Assembly (NCBI GenBank): GCA_965649765.1
Contig: OZ287751.1
Location: 80,166,001 to 80,230,000 of the forward strand
Direction of reading: 5' to 3'
Source of the DNA: Bispira polyomma
Lineage: Eukaryota
DNA: 64,000 nucleotides
Below are positions 22,393 to 34,870 of the stretch, in pieces. Position 1 is the stretch's first letter. Every line of letters begins with the position of its first letter. A program made the position numbers and the translations under genes. Under the pieces are notes generated by a model. That model ran no database searches. It saw nothing but the letters and a program-made list of their open reading frames with translations, and was not told where the DNA came from.

Positions 22393-24089
22393 AGTAGTTA
22401 TAATAATTAGCTCACCTTTAGACAACCTCAAACTTAACTACAGAGAATTAAGAAAAAAAATATATATGACATAACCCTTAAGCAGTGGTGTTACTAAACT
22501 TTAGTACAGTTATATTAAGATTAAACAATGTATAAGGTGAAATAGCTATTGAAAGTGGTTTATTTTAATTTCAAAATTACTTATACTGAAAGTATTTTTC
22601 CCTTTTTATACACTTTATTCATCCTTCATATTTTTCTAGATATCAGTTTTATTGAGCAATATGACACATGTTAAGTTAGTGATATATTACCTCACTGTTG
22701 AAGTTAAATAAAATTTAACTCACTTAAAGCTGACGTTTGATACATAGTGACACAAATACATAAATGTCACAGTGATATACTTAAGAAAAAAAAAGTAAAA
22801 ATTAAGATCCAAGCTTGACATGTTGTAAACTAGATCAGACTAAAGATACACGTATTTTAGTTTTTTTCTTACTTTAAGTTGCTCATCTCATTCTAGGACC
22901 TAACTCTATAAGATTATTCAGACAGTGAGTAATTAGACGTATTGTAGATGACAGTTCCCGCTGTGACGTAGACACGTGATTAAACTGTAAACAGGTAGGG
23001 GGTTGGGGGGGGGGGGAGAGTATTACATAATATTTATGATAGAAAGATGGTGAGATAAGTGAATGGTTACGAGGTAGGAGGGAGTAAGGGTTATATATTA
23101 TGGCTGAGGATTGGTTGAAGGGGTAGTGGGGGGGGGGGATTTAGTCTTGCTTCCCCAGGGTAGGACCTTTACGATTGGAATGTGGAATAAATTAATTTCT
23201 GAAGCCATAGGAAACTTCCACCCCTGTAGTTAATAGTTGTAAAAGTGATGGTTATGCATTTGGTTAAGGTATTAAATATGTCACTTGAAACAATATGGCG
23301 TATGATATAACCAAAAATAACTTGAACACAAAAAATCTGAAACCTGATAAGAGCTGTGTTTCTGGCAAGGTTAAAATTTCTCAGTTGTATTTGTACTAAT
23401 TTGTGTGACGTTGAATACATGGCCAAGTATGATATGTTTACATTTCTAAACAAAAATAAACTTTTAAAGAATATAAGCCTAATTTATGTCACAGGAATGA
23501 TAATAAAACTTAAAGTCAAATTTTAAATACAATTCAGTGAATACAATGATTTTACCTCACAATTTATGTTTTGATAATATTATGTTATTTTTGACAGCTT
23601 GATGGCTTTTCGACAACAGAACATGAGGAAACTTTAAAATTGAGGCACTAGAAATGTCACCCCACAAACAAAATAATAATAATAAAAACAAATTTTGTTT
23701 TTTAAATATTACAAAATAGTTGTATATAATATAATTAAAATTAAATATTTTTTTTTAAGATAGCTCAGCAAAAGTGTTTGTATTTGTTTCATACCCGTTT
23801 ACTTGAGACATTTTATTGTATCATAGGTCATGCAAGTTTTCAAACTTTTGAATACAACAATAGCTCAATTTAAATAATTTTATAGCAAGTCACACATTCA
23901 TATCCCCCCCCCCCCCATACTTTAGCCCAGTCCACACACATCCTATGCTTAAAATGGTGATTTTCCCCCTAGGGATGATTTAGTCTAGTTAAGATCTATT
24001 TAATTGCATCAAAAGCACAGATGAGTTATCAAAAGCAATGTGTGTGAGTGTGTCATAAGAACTGGAACAGTTATCATCATAAGAAGGAG

Positions 24090-24600
24090 AAATAATAAGT
24101 CACGTGAGAGGGGGAGGGGGGGGGGAATGGGGGGTGAGCAGTTTGTGAGTAGGAAGAGAAAGATGAAGAAACAGTCGTGAAGGGTGTATTACGTCATTAG
24201 ACAGGGAATTCCCTCGATCCTATTGTTATGAGGTGGCATTTATAGCTTCTTAGTGCACAGACACACACAATCCCTTTATTATAATATGTATATAAACCTA
24301 GAAATAATAGCAGTCTAAGGAATTGTAGGGTCAATTAGGAGCTAAAATAGGATTGAAATGCTCACAAACTTATGGGGATATTACAGGAGAGGGAGAAAGG
24401 GGAGTGGGGGGGGGGAGCTTTTGTTATTTATTAGCCAGAAAGAAAGACAGAGAGCATAAACCTCTTAGTATTACGTCACTCGGCATTGTGTCGTCTGCGC
24501 GCACGACGCGCGCGGGAGTTTTTTTTTGAATAGCGGGAAAAATTAAACGTACTTTGGGAGGAGGTGGGGGGGGGGGGGGGGGGAGGGCGGAGTAGTTGTA
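24090..24600. promoter_or_regulatory. Candidate enhancer or promoter (CpG cluster with CRE, E-box and E2F-like motifs)
   Basis: GTATTACGTCA at 24186 and 24468, GTCACGTGA at 24099, 12 CpGs in ~80 bp at 24471-24550, GCGGGAAA ~24533. Confidence 0.4.
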
Positions 24601-25639
24601 TTTGAAAATTTATTTAAAATTACCACATTTTGAGGGGGCTCTTGAGGGCGTCTTATTTGGGTCATATTATTACTTAGAATAGCTATAATAAGTGTAGGGG
24701 AATGGGTGATATCATAAAAAGGTGACACTAAAGTGTAATTATGGATCTCAAGTAGGGACATACAGTGGTCAATTTGAAGGAGAGAAATAATATCTTGTAG
24801 AATAGGAATATCAGTTGTGTGGAGTGGGGTTGTTTTATTTATTTATTAGGAAATGTTTGTGTAATCAGTTTCCTGTATTGTATATATTGTGTGAATTGCA
24901 CATAATTGTATGCATTCTGGTGACATCTGTATATTGGTATACTTATAAGATAATTGTGTAGTTATGTAATATTGAACTTATCTGGAACTGATATGGTTAA
25001 AGGCTAGTGGAGTAAAATTGGATATTTTTCCCCAACGTTTTTAAATTTTATGAAAAGTAAAAGGCATTAAAAAGATTATGCAATACATAATTATACCATG
25101 TAGAACCATGGAAATTGGTAAAAAGCCGTTATTAGATTTTAATTTCTGCAAATTTGAAAATTTATGGTATACATATATACTTGAATAAATTTTGAATTTA
25201 TGATATGTAATATTATTTTCAAGGTAATTATATAATTGAAACAAATTTCATGACTCTCTGGAAAATCTACTGGAGTTTAACAAATGTTAAAATAGATTTA
25301 AAAAAATTACCAAGTCAACAAAATTTACATCAACCAATATGATGGTGCTATTCTGTTGTAGAATTAAAACTGTATTCAGAATTAAAGAAATACATGCTGA
25401 ACATGTTACCATTAAAACAATCAATGGCTTTTATTTATGAATAGTATAAACTTTAAAAAAAAAGGCTCAAAACACATCTGTATCAACTCGCTTTTCCGCC
25501 TGACCTTTCGTCTGCTGGTCACAACTGAACTCTGATTGTAAACCCTTTCTCCCATCAGACTGTTCTTTTGCATAGTGATGTGCGCCACAGAAAATGCCTG
25601 GTGATTGATTGTGTGGCTGTAGAAGTAATAACAATAACA

Positions 25640-25930
25640 TATAATCTAATCTAACTTTTATAGCGCTTATTTCTGTGCTAGCAGATTCTAAGACGCACGA
25701 GACAAAAATTTATTTGACAATTTCATATAGCCATTGGACGTACAGGGGTTGTAATCATAGAGAAATGTACAGAGGCTAAGGTTGAAAAGCCCTGCTGAAT
25801 ACATATAGGTCGGTTTTGAGCCCTACAAACAGATTAAACTTGTTTAGCAAATGATGAATCAGAGTCAAAGGTGACAACACGAAGGTTTCTGACAGTATCT
25901 GGCAAATTTTCATCCAAACTCTTACGTTGT
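25640..25930 (-). mobile_element. L2-like LINE 3' end
   Basis: Minus strand GLKT..YVFSRAF followed by AAATAAGCGCTATAAAAG, a typical L2 3' terminus. Confidence 0.55.
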
Positions 25931-27567
25931 GATTTGGATAAAAAAGAATGAATTTTGTTTTATCCATTTAAGTTTTAACTTATTGTCAAACATCCACTTC
26001 TTCAAGGCAGCTTTAAAGGCTGTTAAATGCAGAATTTGCATTTATATTCGATAAATGAACATAAAGTTCTGTATCATCAGCGTAGAAATGACACTTGATT
26101 GATTTGTACTTGTCAATGAAATGACCGAGGGGTGATGTGTATAAGGAAAATAAAATTGGACGAAAAACTGATTCAATGTAAGGCAATTTTCATTAAATTT
26201 TTTATCACGTGAAGTAATTATCAAAAACATTGATAGAAGTGTATAGTATTATAAAAAATTCTTTCACTTTGATTTTACAAGTTGGGTTGGTTTGGCTGTC
26301 AAATTTGGGATCTTAAGTTGGTTTTTAGCCCATATTAATACTGGCGTTATTATATAAGTTTGGTCCTGGGCTGTGATATCTACATACTGATGGTTAATCA
26401 CTCATAAGGGTTAATCACTTATAAGCCCATCTTTCTATTCTACAGTGTATAACAATCAAAACAACAAATCCCTTAGTTTGCACAGATGTTACCTGAAATA
26501 CACACACCTTTATCATTCATTACACATGTGAGAAATAAACAAACACTGATTTCATTTTAAAGAAGGGAAAAAGATCTGACAAACAAAACATTCCCACTCT
26601 TTCCAATGATATGTTACATAAAAAATAAACATCATTAATTCTGTTGATTTAAAAGGTACACGTGGACAAGGTGTTCAAATAGGTATCTGCATTGGCCAAA
26701 CACTTTCACTGAACTGATCAATTAAATTAAAGAATAGGAAAACCAAATGTGAATGGAAAATAGTGAGGTAATTCTGTTTGGAAAGGTTGCTTTAATATAT
26801 TTGTAGCGGTCATACCACCAACATGTAAGGTTCAACTTATAATATAAGGGGTCACACCAACAAGCTGCTGTCTGGTTTTTGAGTATTTAATTTTTTTTAA
26901 ATTTCCTTAGGACTGAACAAGTAAACATTGTAGAATATACTTATAATTTGTATCATATCAAAGCCCAAAAAGTATTCGATCTGCCATTATATGCAGATCT
27001 GTTAACTATTACATAGATTCTTCTTCTTACTTGCAGTGATCCAATTTGTATATATACTCATTTTATATACACTCATTTTCATTTCTGAAATAAAAAATAA
27101 AAAAATGTCGATAAAAAGGAGGTGGTCTCTCTGTACAGGTGGTCTCTAGAGCAGGTTTTACAATCTAAGATATTCTGGTTTAAAAATTAGGGTGAATAAA
27201 ACAAAATTAATGGAACGCCTTAGCAAGACTACAACACTAGATACAATGTATTAATATCGTCTGGTTAATTTTAAAAAAGTAAACCTGAAACAACACCCCG
27301 TCTGTAAATCTCAGGTTTAATCCCCCTATTATCGCCCATTATGTGAGTCTGAACACACATAACCCTGCCATACACACACGCCTATACAACACACCACAAC
27401 AATCAGTGGGATAAAGAGGGGTTAACTGTGTGTTTACATCGGCCAGATGGTCATATATCAACAGATCAGATCTTCAGATAGTGAACACCGTGTCTGTGAT
27501 GTAATAATATACTTTAGTTTGCATTGGTCTTAATGTTTCAAAAAAAATCTTCTTGAGTTTTAAATTT

Positions 27568-27725
27568 AAGTCATAAGCGTCTGCTTTAAAATCACTGGCC
27601 TCTCACATTTGGGGATCGAATCCCACAGATGAATACGGCCCCTGGTTTCCTCCATCACTACACTTGGCCGTCGCAATATGATCCAAGCTGTGCAAAGTGA
27701 CGCGAAACCCAAATAGTCCAAAATA
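27568..27725 (+). mobile_element. SINE family B1, internally deleted
   Basis: GGATCGAATCCC B-box, CTGGTTTCCTCCA V-domain-like motif, GGCCGTCGCAATATG..AAAGTGACGCGAAACCC tail. Confidence 0.65.
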
Positions 27726-27894
27726 AATTCAAATTGAAACTTAATATATGTGTGTATATATGTGTGTATCAATGGTCAGGAATATGATGGTGTACCTCCA
27801 TATATATGTGATGGTGAAAATTCCTTTTTGTAGAATTTGTGAAAATTCTATTAGTAGAAAGTCCAATTGGCATTTCAACTAAGTTTTTGTTGGC

Positions 27895-28125
27895 GGACAT
27901 GGACTTTCTACTCTCAAGACCACCCAGTTCAGAAACTGAAATCAAAACCCTGAATCCATCCGTCTACTCTGGATCTGCTCTAAAATGGATTCTTTCTTGG
28001 CCCATGTCCACCTCCAACATATTTCTGGCAAATCGCTACCAAACTTAATGCAATCTTGGTAACAAATTGACACAATAACCAACAAACGAACATGTCTGAA
28101 ACATATGTTTGATGGCAAATGTGAC
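27895..28125 (+). mobile_element. HINE-like element, decayed
   Basis: GGATCTGCTCTAAAATGGATTCTTTCTTGGCCCATG..GCAATCTTGGTAACAAA..CAAACGAACA. Confidence 0.5.
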
Positions 28126-28457
28126 ATATCAACCATTAAAAATCTCGAGCGATTAAGCAGAACCCTTTAAAATCTGTCGGTAATATATTATAAATAGCTA
28201 TAATCACTAAAACACACACAACAGACAGTTTCCGCCATTAAATAATGGCCTCACATATAATATTTTTAACAGGGACGTTTGCTGTTCTAACAATTTCCTG
28301 TATTGCCAGGAACTGAAGGATTCCGACAGACATAGGTTCTGAGAGTAATGAATGTCGTCAGATACTAGTTGATAACCTATGGGTCATAAGGATTAATTTT
28401 GACTGAATAAGATACAATACTTTACTGTTTACATGAACAGAATCACTTATTCAGCAG

Positions 28458-28582
28458 TTGTAGTTGCATCGTAAGTTTTTGTGTTCTAAATTTAACATTG
28501 ACGTAATCATCAGTTTAAATACAGTTGCATCATCAGTTTTTGTGTTCTAAATTTAACATTCACCTGATCATTAGTTTAAATA
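28458..28582. repeat. Tandem duplication of ~60-65 bp
   Basis: AGTTGCATC..AGTTTTTGTGTTCTAAATTTAACATT..CAT.AGTTTAAATA occurs twice in succession. Confidence 0.8.
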
Positions 28583-31500
28583 TAGTCACAATTATTGGCC
28601 AGTTATTAATATCTAAGTATGTAAAGAAGCATATATACAATACATATTCTCCAGTTAGTAGCAATTTTTACAAAGCAAAGGCCTGATAAAAAGAGATAAA
28701 CCTGATAAAGGACACTATTACTTAAGTGTCAATTTGTAAGTACAAAAAGTCCTCAGACTAAAGAAGTATTCCATTGTTATATAATTTACACTTCGTACAA
28801 ATGCTATTATTGTTATATTAAAAACCAACAAGATAGTTGATACTTGTCTTCAGAGGTTTAATAGGCCGGTACCTGACTGGGATATCTTTTTATTTATATA
28901 ATTCTAAAGTAAATTTTTACAGGGTTATCAGGAAGTTTAGCACTGGGCAGTGAAACAACATCATACAGTAAACTGCATATCTCCGCCAATGGCGTAGAAA
29001 ATGTAATAGGTCTGTTCTTTAGCTACAGACCTAGACATCTCAAAGTTGGCCTTCCGATAGCATATAAAAAAGTAGATGTATGACTTATTTGATCACAACA
29101 ACTGTTCCACAGTGGTTTTTTGGTATAAGGTAAAAGTCTGTAGTAATTACTCAGTACTCATTTAGCCATTATCTGCATCTGTACCACGATATACCAGTTT
29201 GATAGTGTCTGTGTAATATTACAAACAAATCCACAAAACAGAAAAAGGAATGGATTGAATCAAATTTATCTAAAAAATAACCTTTATATGTCAGTAACTG
29301 TTTAGCTTGTCTTTCCGCTTGTTCCGTGGGTTGTTTTATCTAACTGAAATATACACCCTGAAACTTGCCCTGATAGAGACGTAAACCAACAAGAACACAC
29401 AACTCACACGATTCCTTGGCATGGACGACGCACAGCATTTTGATACAGAAATACTCGTAAACAGGTGGAAACACATGATTGCTCGGATGAAAGACTTACA
29501 GTAGTGATTCGGCAATACTCGGTAATAGTCAGAAATGGACCAGATGGATTTTTTCGCATTCTTCCGTCTTTGTGAGACGAGAGTTTTGACCTTACCCAAA
29601 CCTATCACCCTCGCACTGCCTACTGCAAAAAGGTTTGGGAAGGTCCGGAAGGAAGCTAAAGGAAGGAGGTTTTAGATAGGGTTCCCCGCGCTACAAGGTG
29701 ACTTTTAAAACGTCTTAAACTTTTCAGTTTTTACAAAAAAAACTCATGTCCTATCTATTTCACCAAGTCTTCACTTAACCATCATATCGCCTGGGGTATC
29801 AGGCTATTTTTCTTTACAACGTTTCCCTCTTTCCCCATAACATCATCATTCCAAACCATATGTAGTCATATGATTGTAATTCTATATTCTGCTGTGATAT
29901 AAACTTTAAAAGTAGAGTTGTTGGGTTTTTTATTGACATTTAAAGGCTTATTTATGATGAACAAAATGCATGCATATCCAGGGTATAAACATAACCACAG
30001 ACCCACACAAAGATAATAGATAATAAACAAGTAGGTGTTATAAAACAAGATCAAGATGAAGTATGCTAGTTTAATTAACCAATAAAGTTTTATATAGTGT
30101 ATTGGAGATAACACTTCTAACTTGTAGTTTAGCATGACTCACATTTATGTTTGGAAACATTAAAAGAAAAAATATGTCATGTTTAACATACCATGTGTTG
30201 GTGTGTTAAATTTGGGGCACACTTTGCAGAATCTTGGGTCCAAAACCTTTTGTAAGAACTGTAAATGTCAAATATATGGAAATTATTTCATCGCTATTTT
30301 AGCACTATTAATTATCAGTGGCAAACTTCTATATATATCTTTCCAAAAGTTTTATTGTTTTAAAATTTTATTTCAAGCATTTTTGTGGCAGCCAATTGAT
30401 GGACAATTCATCCTCTATGACCGTTGTCCTTCAAGTATGGATATGTCATATAGCATGGCATCGGTCGGAATAAAAAGGAAATTGTGTTTTACATCTTGTC
30501 CAAAGACGGTGTCCCTAAATTATTGTTGGTAGTCAAATTCTTTGCATGATTTCAAAATCGTAGTCTAGGGGACAAACTCGTATCACGAGGAAAATAGCAC
30601 AGTAACCTGCTGACCTCCTAGCTGTAACTTTTTCATTGTTTGTACTACTAACAATATTTTCCTGTCTGTCTATATGCACTGAAACTGATATTTACAATCT
30701 CAACTGTCCTGCTCTGATTACAAACTCCCTAGTATGTGGCCCAGTCACACACTATACACAAATGTTAAGGATTAAATTTAATATACCAAGCTAGAGTATT
30801 TTAACTGATTAAGGTTTTCTGTTGAATTATCTCAAATAGTGTAAGACCTAAGGTTGAAGATAAGCCTAACTTGGAGATAAGCAAAAGGAAAACTGCAAGT
30901 TTGGATCTAGAAGCTGTGGCTGCAGATCTTGGAGTAACCAACAAAACCAAATATTCTTCACAGCAGTCTTTGTTTGGTGTAAATATGGAAATATCAGAAT
31001 TATGATTTGTCACCAATGTGTGAAAAAGCAAGATCCAAGAGAAAAATACAAAAGGCGGTGACGTGGTTGTGTGATGTTGGTGACGTGTAATATTTTGTGG
31101 TGAGACTATACCATGGAGATAATATATGTATTGTGACTCTTGGGATTCTTTTCCACTTGTCTTTTAGCTTTATAGGTACTTGATTTGAGAGTAACAAGTT
31201 ATTTGATGCCTTGATTTTGACATTTCTTTTACCTCGCGGGATAAACCATCAGATGTCATATATATATATTGATTTATTCAACGTTATATCTTAACATATT
31301 TATATACTGGATGAGTAAATCGTCACCTTAAGTTGTTAAAATAATCTCTAAGTTAAATCTCAGATTAGGTTATCGTAATCTTAAACATAAATATACATGG
31401 GTACATGTAATGTTACTAAAATAATTTAGGCAGCATAAAGTTATGGTAACCTCAAAGGTAAGATATTAATAATAAGTGCCCTCAACTTCAGCCCACTTTC

Positions 31501-31929
31501 AGTTCATCGGAGATTTAATGGTACTGTGGACATTAATGTTATGTTATACTTGTGTAAAGTTGCACTCATGATCATGTGAGAGATCACGTGACAATATCCT
31601 TTGTTCCAAATGCTATATATATTTTTTGTAAATCTAGCAATAATGATATGCTAATTACCGTCTGATAATCACAGACAAGTATTATACAAACACAGAGACA
31701 GGTTGAGAAGTGAGATTAATGTGTCTGTTTACATCTTTAGATTTATCTCACTTTGGAGCTTCAAGTCTCCTAAACAAGATATTTTTGCTGGTGTGAGGTA
31801 TGATGACTAATGAACATTGCAAGGGCCTGCTAATTAGATCAGGAATGTAATGTACCCCTAAGTTCTACTTAACAAACTCCAAGACAGGACTAACGCAGTG
31901 CTGTGAAGTTATCTCTTCAAATTTGAAGA

Positions 31930-32260
31930 CTACTGGCATGCATGGGTACTCGTATTTAAATATGTATACCCAACGCATTTACCTACCGTTGTCTGGTATT
32001 CTCAAAGTGCTAATTACCATTCTCTTGACTACCAAAGTACAAAGTACAGCCAACTAGCACCATTAACTGTCAATTCCCCTAACTGGGTAGAGAGAGACTT
32101 GCAGATGACCATTTATTAACGCACTAAGGTTCTTTAGCCTGCCACTGGGGATAGGACTCAATGACAGTGGACCACCATCTTAAGAGATCATCCGGGTCAC
32201 TGTGTATGTACCTGTACTTGGGAGCTCCATGCTGAAATCAAACTGAGCTACACCTAGGTG
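31930..32260 (-). mobile_element. SINE family C (Deu/Nin-domain-like)
   Basis: AAGGTTCTTTAGCCTGCCACTGGGGATAGGACTCAATGACAG shared with 41645-41815 and, in reverse, 33650-33790. Confidence 0.6.
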
Positions 32261-33269
32261 TGACAGTTGTTTCAAACTCTTCAAAATATTCATGGTAGAA
32301 GGCAAAATGTGGCATATATATCCCAAATGGACGCATCGATCTATAATCATTTCACCAACCAAGCACCAATATACAACAAAATTACTGACCTTACTCTGTA
32401 TGATTAGAAACTTTCGTTTTCATTTTGCAACAAATGATTATGAAATATTTATGAAATGAAAGACTGTTTTCATGATGATGATACCATGATGTAATATATT
32501 GCATTGTTCTGGTCTGATGATGACACCACAATGTGCAATATACTGCATTTTTCTGGTATGTCTGTTTCTGATTGCAACCGAAGTGTCTCGTAAAGCCTTG
32601 TAGCATCATGATGCTGTTCTAAGTTTAAATATTGAACTCTAGAGTGTTCTTTTTTATAAGCTTCATGACGGCTTGATTTGTTCCACGAATATGGCAATAT
32701 GGAACTACAATGTAATTGTCACTATTTCGCCCAAAAATGTTTTGTCGACAATTTCCAAATGCCACGTTTAACCTTCTATCTATCAGGATGGCTATGTGCA
32801 GGTGTGTTGATGAGTCATAGTTTCAACATATACCTGTTTTGATTAGATAAAGCAGAAAAACACTTATAAAACAAATATTTTTCAGTTGATTTCTATGTTA
32901 TCTGTGATAAAATGAGATATTTTAAATGGGCCATTGTCTTCATGTTTTTGATGAGAAAGCTTGTGTTTGGATGTTATCAAGTCTGAACCAAAGGTATAGT
33001 TGAACAGATTAACACGTCTTCATGTATTGCCTTCAAAATATGTTTTTGTGTCCATTTATCCTTACTAAAACACTCATCTTGTAGAGTGTTTTGCCTCTTA
33101 AGACTTATTAGTAGTTTTGGGGAAGTTTATAAACTAATTTTCTGACAATAAACATTTTTTTTTTTTTTTTTTTTTTTGGGGGGGGGGGGGGGACCAATAA
33201 TTATATTATGAATGGCACAGGTTTAACACTTTTAGCCTTTATGACATATGAGATCATTTTTTCAGATTA

Positions 33270-33468
33270 GTTGGGACCTATTTCTTACATCAGAAGGTGT
33301 AGGTGAGGGAAACCATTACATGGTAGTTGGTCAAGAGTTCTTTACTGTAAACTACCAACCTTCAACAAGGCCACTGCCAAATTCCCCATATGCGTACCAT
33401 ATTTAAGATTCAAATCTAGGACTGAAGAGGTGGGAGGCGAAAGTGTGACATCTATACCACCGAGGGTC
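33270..33468 (-). mobile_element. SINE family B2 copy
   Basis: GAGGTGGGAGGCGAAAGTGTG head and centre similar to 13008-13222. Confidence 0.6.
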
Positions 33469-33649
33469 AGTTTTAACATACAATCGTGTCTTATTGAACT
33501 TTATTTTGGGCACAATATTATTGACTTAAGTTAGTTCATATTCTAGCTGTAAAGAAGAACCCACTTTCCAACAATCCCAGTTTTATTGAAATACTTTAAT
33601 ATTGCAAATTATAAATCCCACTTTGGCTTTTGGATAATACATCCTCGTG

Positions 33650-33790
33650 GGAACACTGAGGACTGGAGTTCGATCCCAGCCTAGGACTCCCAGATACACA
33701 AAGACAGACGGTGGCTGGGATGAATATTATTTAAAATGGCGGTCGACTGTCATTGGGTCCTATCCACAGTGGCAATATCACTACAGCATA
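33650..33790 (+). mobile_element. SINE family C, 5' part
   Basis: GAGTTCGATCCC B-box, TTAAAATGGCGGTC..TGTCATTGGGTCCTATCCACAGTGGCA. Confidence 0.6.
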
Positions 33791-34389
33791 GCAAGATATG
33801 ACGTCAAACTTTAAGTGTAATCAATTACCAGCTTTCCATGACATCTTTTAAATTCGAGCAAGTTAAAGTATATTGTAAAATAAAGTTTTGAATACAGCTT
33901 ACTACAGTTACTGTCCATTGCAGGTCTATATCTATTGGATTGTTACAACTCGATTTGTCATTAATAGACGATACATAGATTGATGACAGCTATCTTACCA
34001 GTGTTGTTGTACAGTCTAATAGTAATAACACCTACTTAAACCTTGCTAAGGTAAATCACGTGAGTTACTAAACCTTAGATGGTATATATTTAGATCATGT
34101 CTATGGGTTTTAATATTACAGACGTCACAGTTTCTCATTTTTTGCAATACAGCCACACAGAACTTGCTAAAATGACACTTTAGACACATTAATTATTGTC
34201 TCACGTACCAGAGAATGCCAGTTGAGAGCTGTTGTGTCAGAATGAACAGCCTTTAAGATGTGAACTGTTCAGACCCAGACATACACAAGGACATATAATG
34301 ACATTTTGAAGTTTTCACCTTTTCTATTTTGAAACACAAAACGTTTCAATGACGTTGCTTCATTAGAAGTCTGTGTGATGTACTTTTAT

Positions 34390-34550
34390 TCATATAACAG
34401 CTCGTATAAAGAATCTTGAGAGAGATTTTCGGCACACAAAGCGAACCCATATTAACTCCAATATTTGGGAGTCGAAACCCACGCCAGACGATCCCAGAGG
34501 CGAGAGATCATTGATTGTGAAGCCACTAACCACTAGGCCACCGCGGCCCC
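34390..34550 (-). mobile_element. SINE family B1 head/partial copy
   Basis: CTAACCACTAGGCCACCGCGGCCCCC is the reverse complement of the 17488 head. Confidence 0.7.
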
Positions 34551-34556
34551 CGTCTA

Positions 34557-34775
34557 CGGTTGAACTCCAAGTGGGTGAGTTGGTCTGGTGATCAGAAGGT
34601 CCCTGGTTTGACTCCTGCTGATGCTGCTAAGTTCAATGGTGGGATAATATCCTTAGGAAAGATGTGGACACGTCATTACATACTGATGTCAACCCTGGCT
34701 ATGTTGTAGGACTTGTGATTAAGTCATTGATTACATTGGTGTGCTTTAGAAGATGCCTTGCATCAATTAAACATA
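34557..34775 (+). mobile_element. SINE family A copy
   Basis: GAGTTGGTCTGGTGATCAGAAGGTCCCTGGTTTGACTCC head, CCTTAGGAAAGATGTGGAC centre, TTTAGAAGATGCCTTGCATCAAT tail. Confidence 0.85.
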
Positions 34776-34819
34776 GATCATACAATACAACACAGATTGT
34801 TTTCCACTTTTAGAACAGT

Positions 34820-34870
34820 GCATGGTGCCTTGGCGGAGTTATGTGCTCTACCGAGTTCCCCCTTCTAGTT
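34820..34870 (-). mobile_element. HINE-like 5' terminus
   Basis: GCCTTGGCGGAGTTATGTGCTCTACCGAGT..TTCTAGTT, reverse complement of the family start. Confidence 0.6.

Noticed and set aside
29641-29656. AGGTCCGGAAGGAAGC matches the bacterial SRP (4.5S) RNA helix-8 motif
   Set aside because: The conserved flanking CAGG/AGCAG internal loop is broken, no long enclosing helix is evident, and the 5' part belongs to another hairpin; most likely chance.
32390-32700. Possible CR1-like RT C-terminal remnant (LFYKLHDGLI on the plus strand)
   Set aside because: Single short motif among stops; not enough to call.
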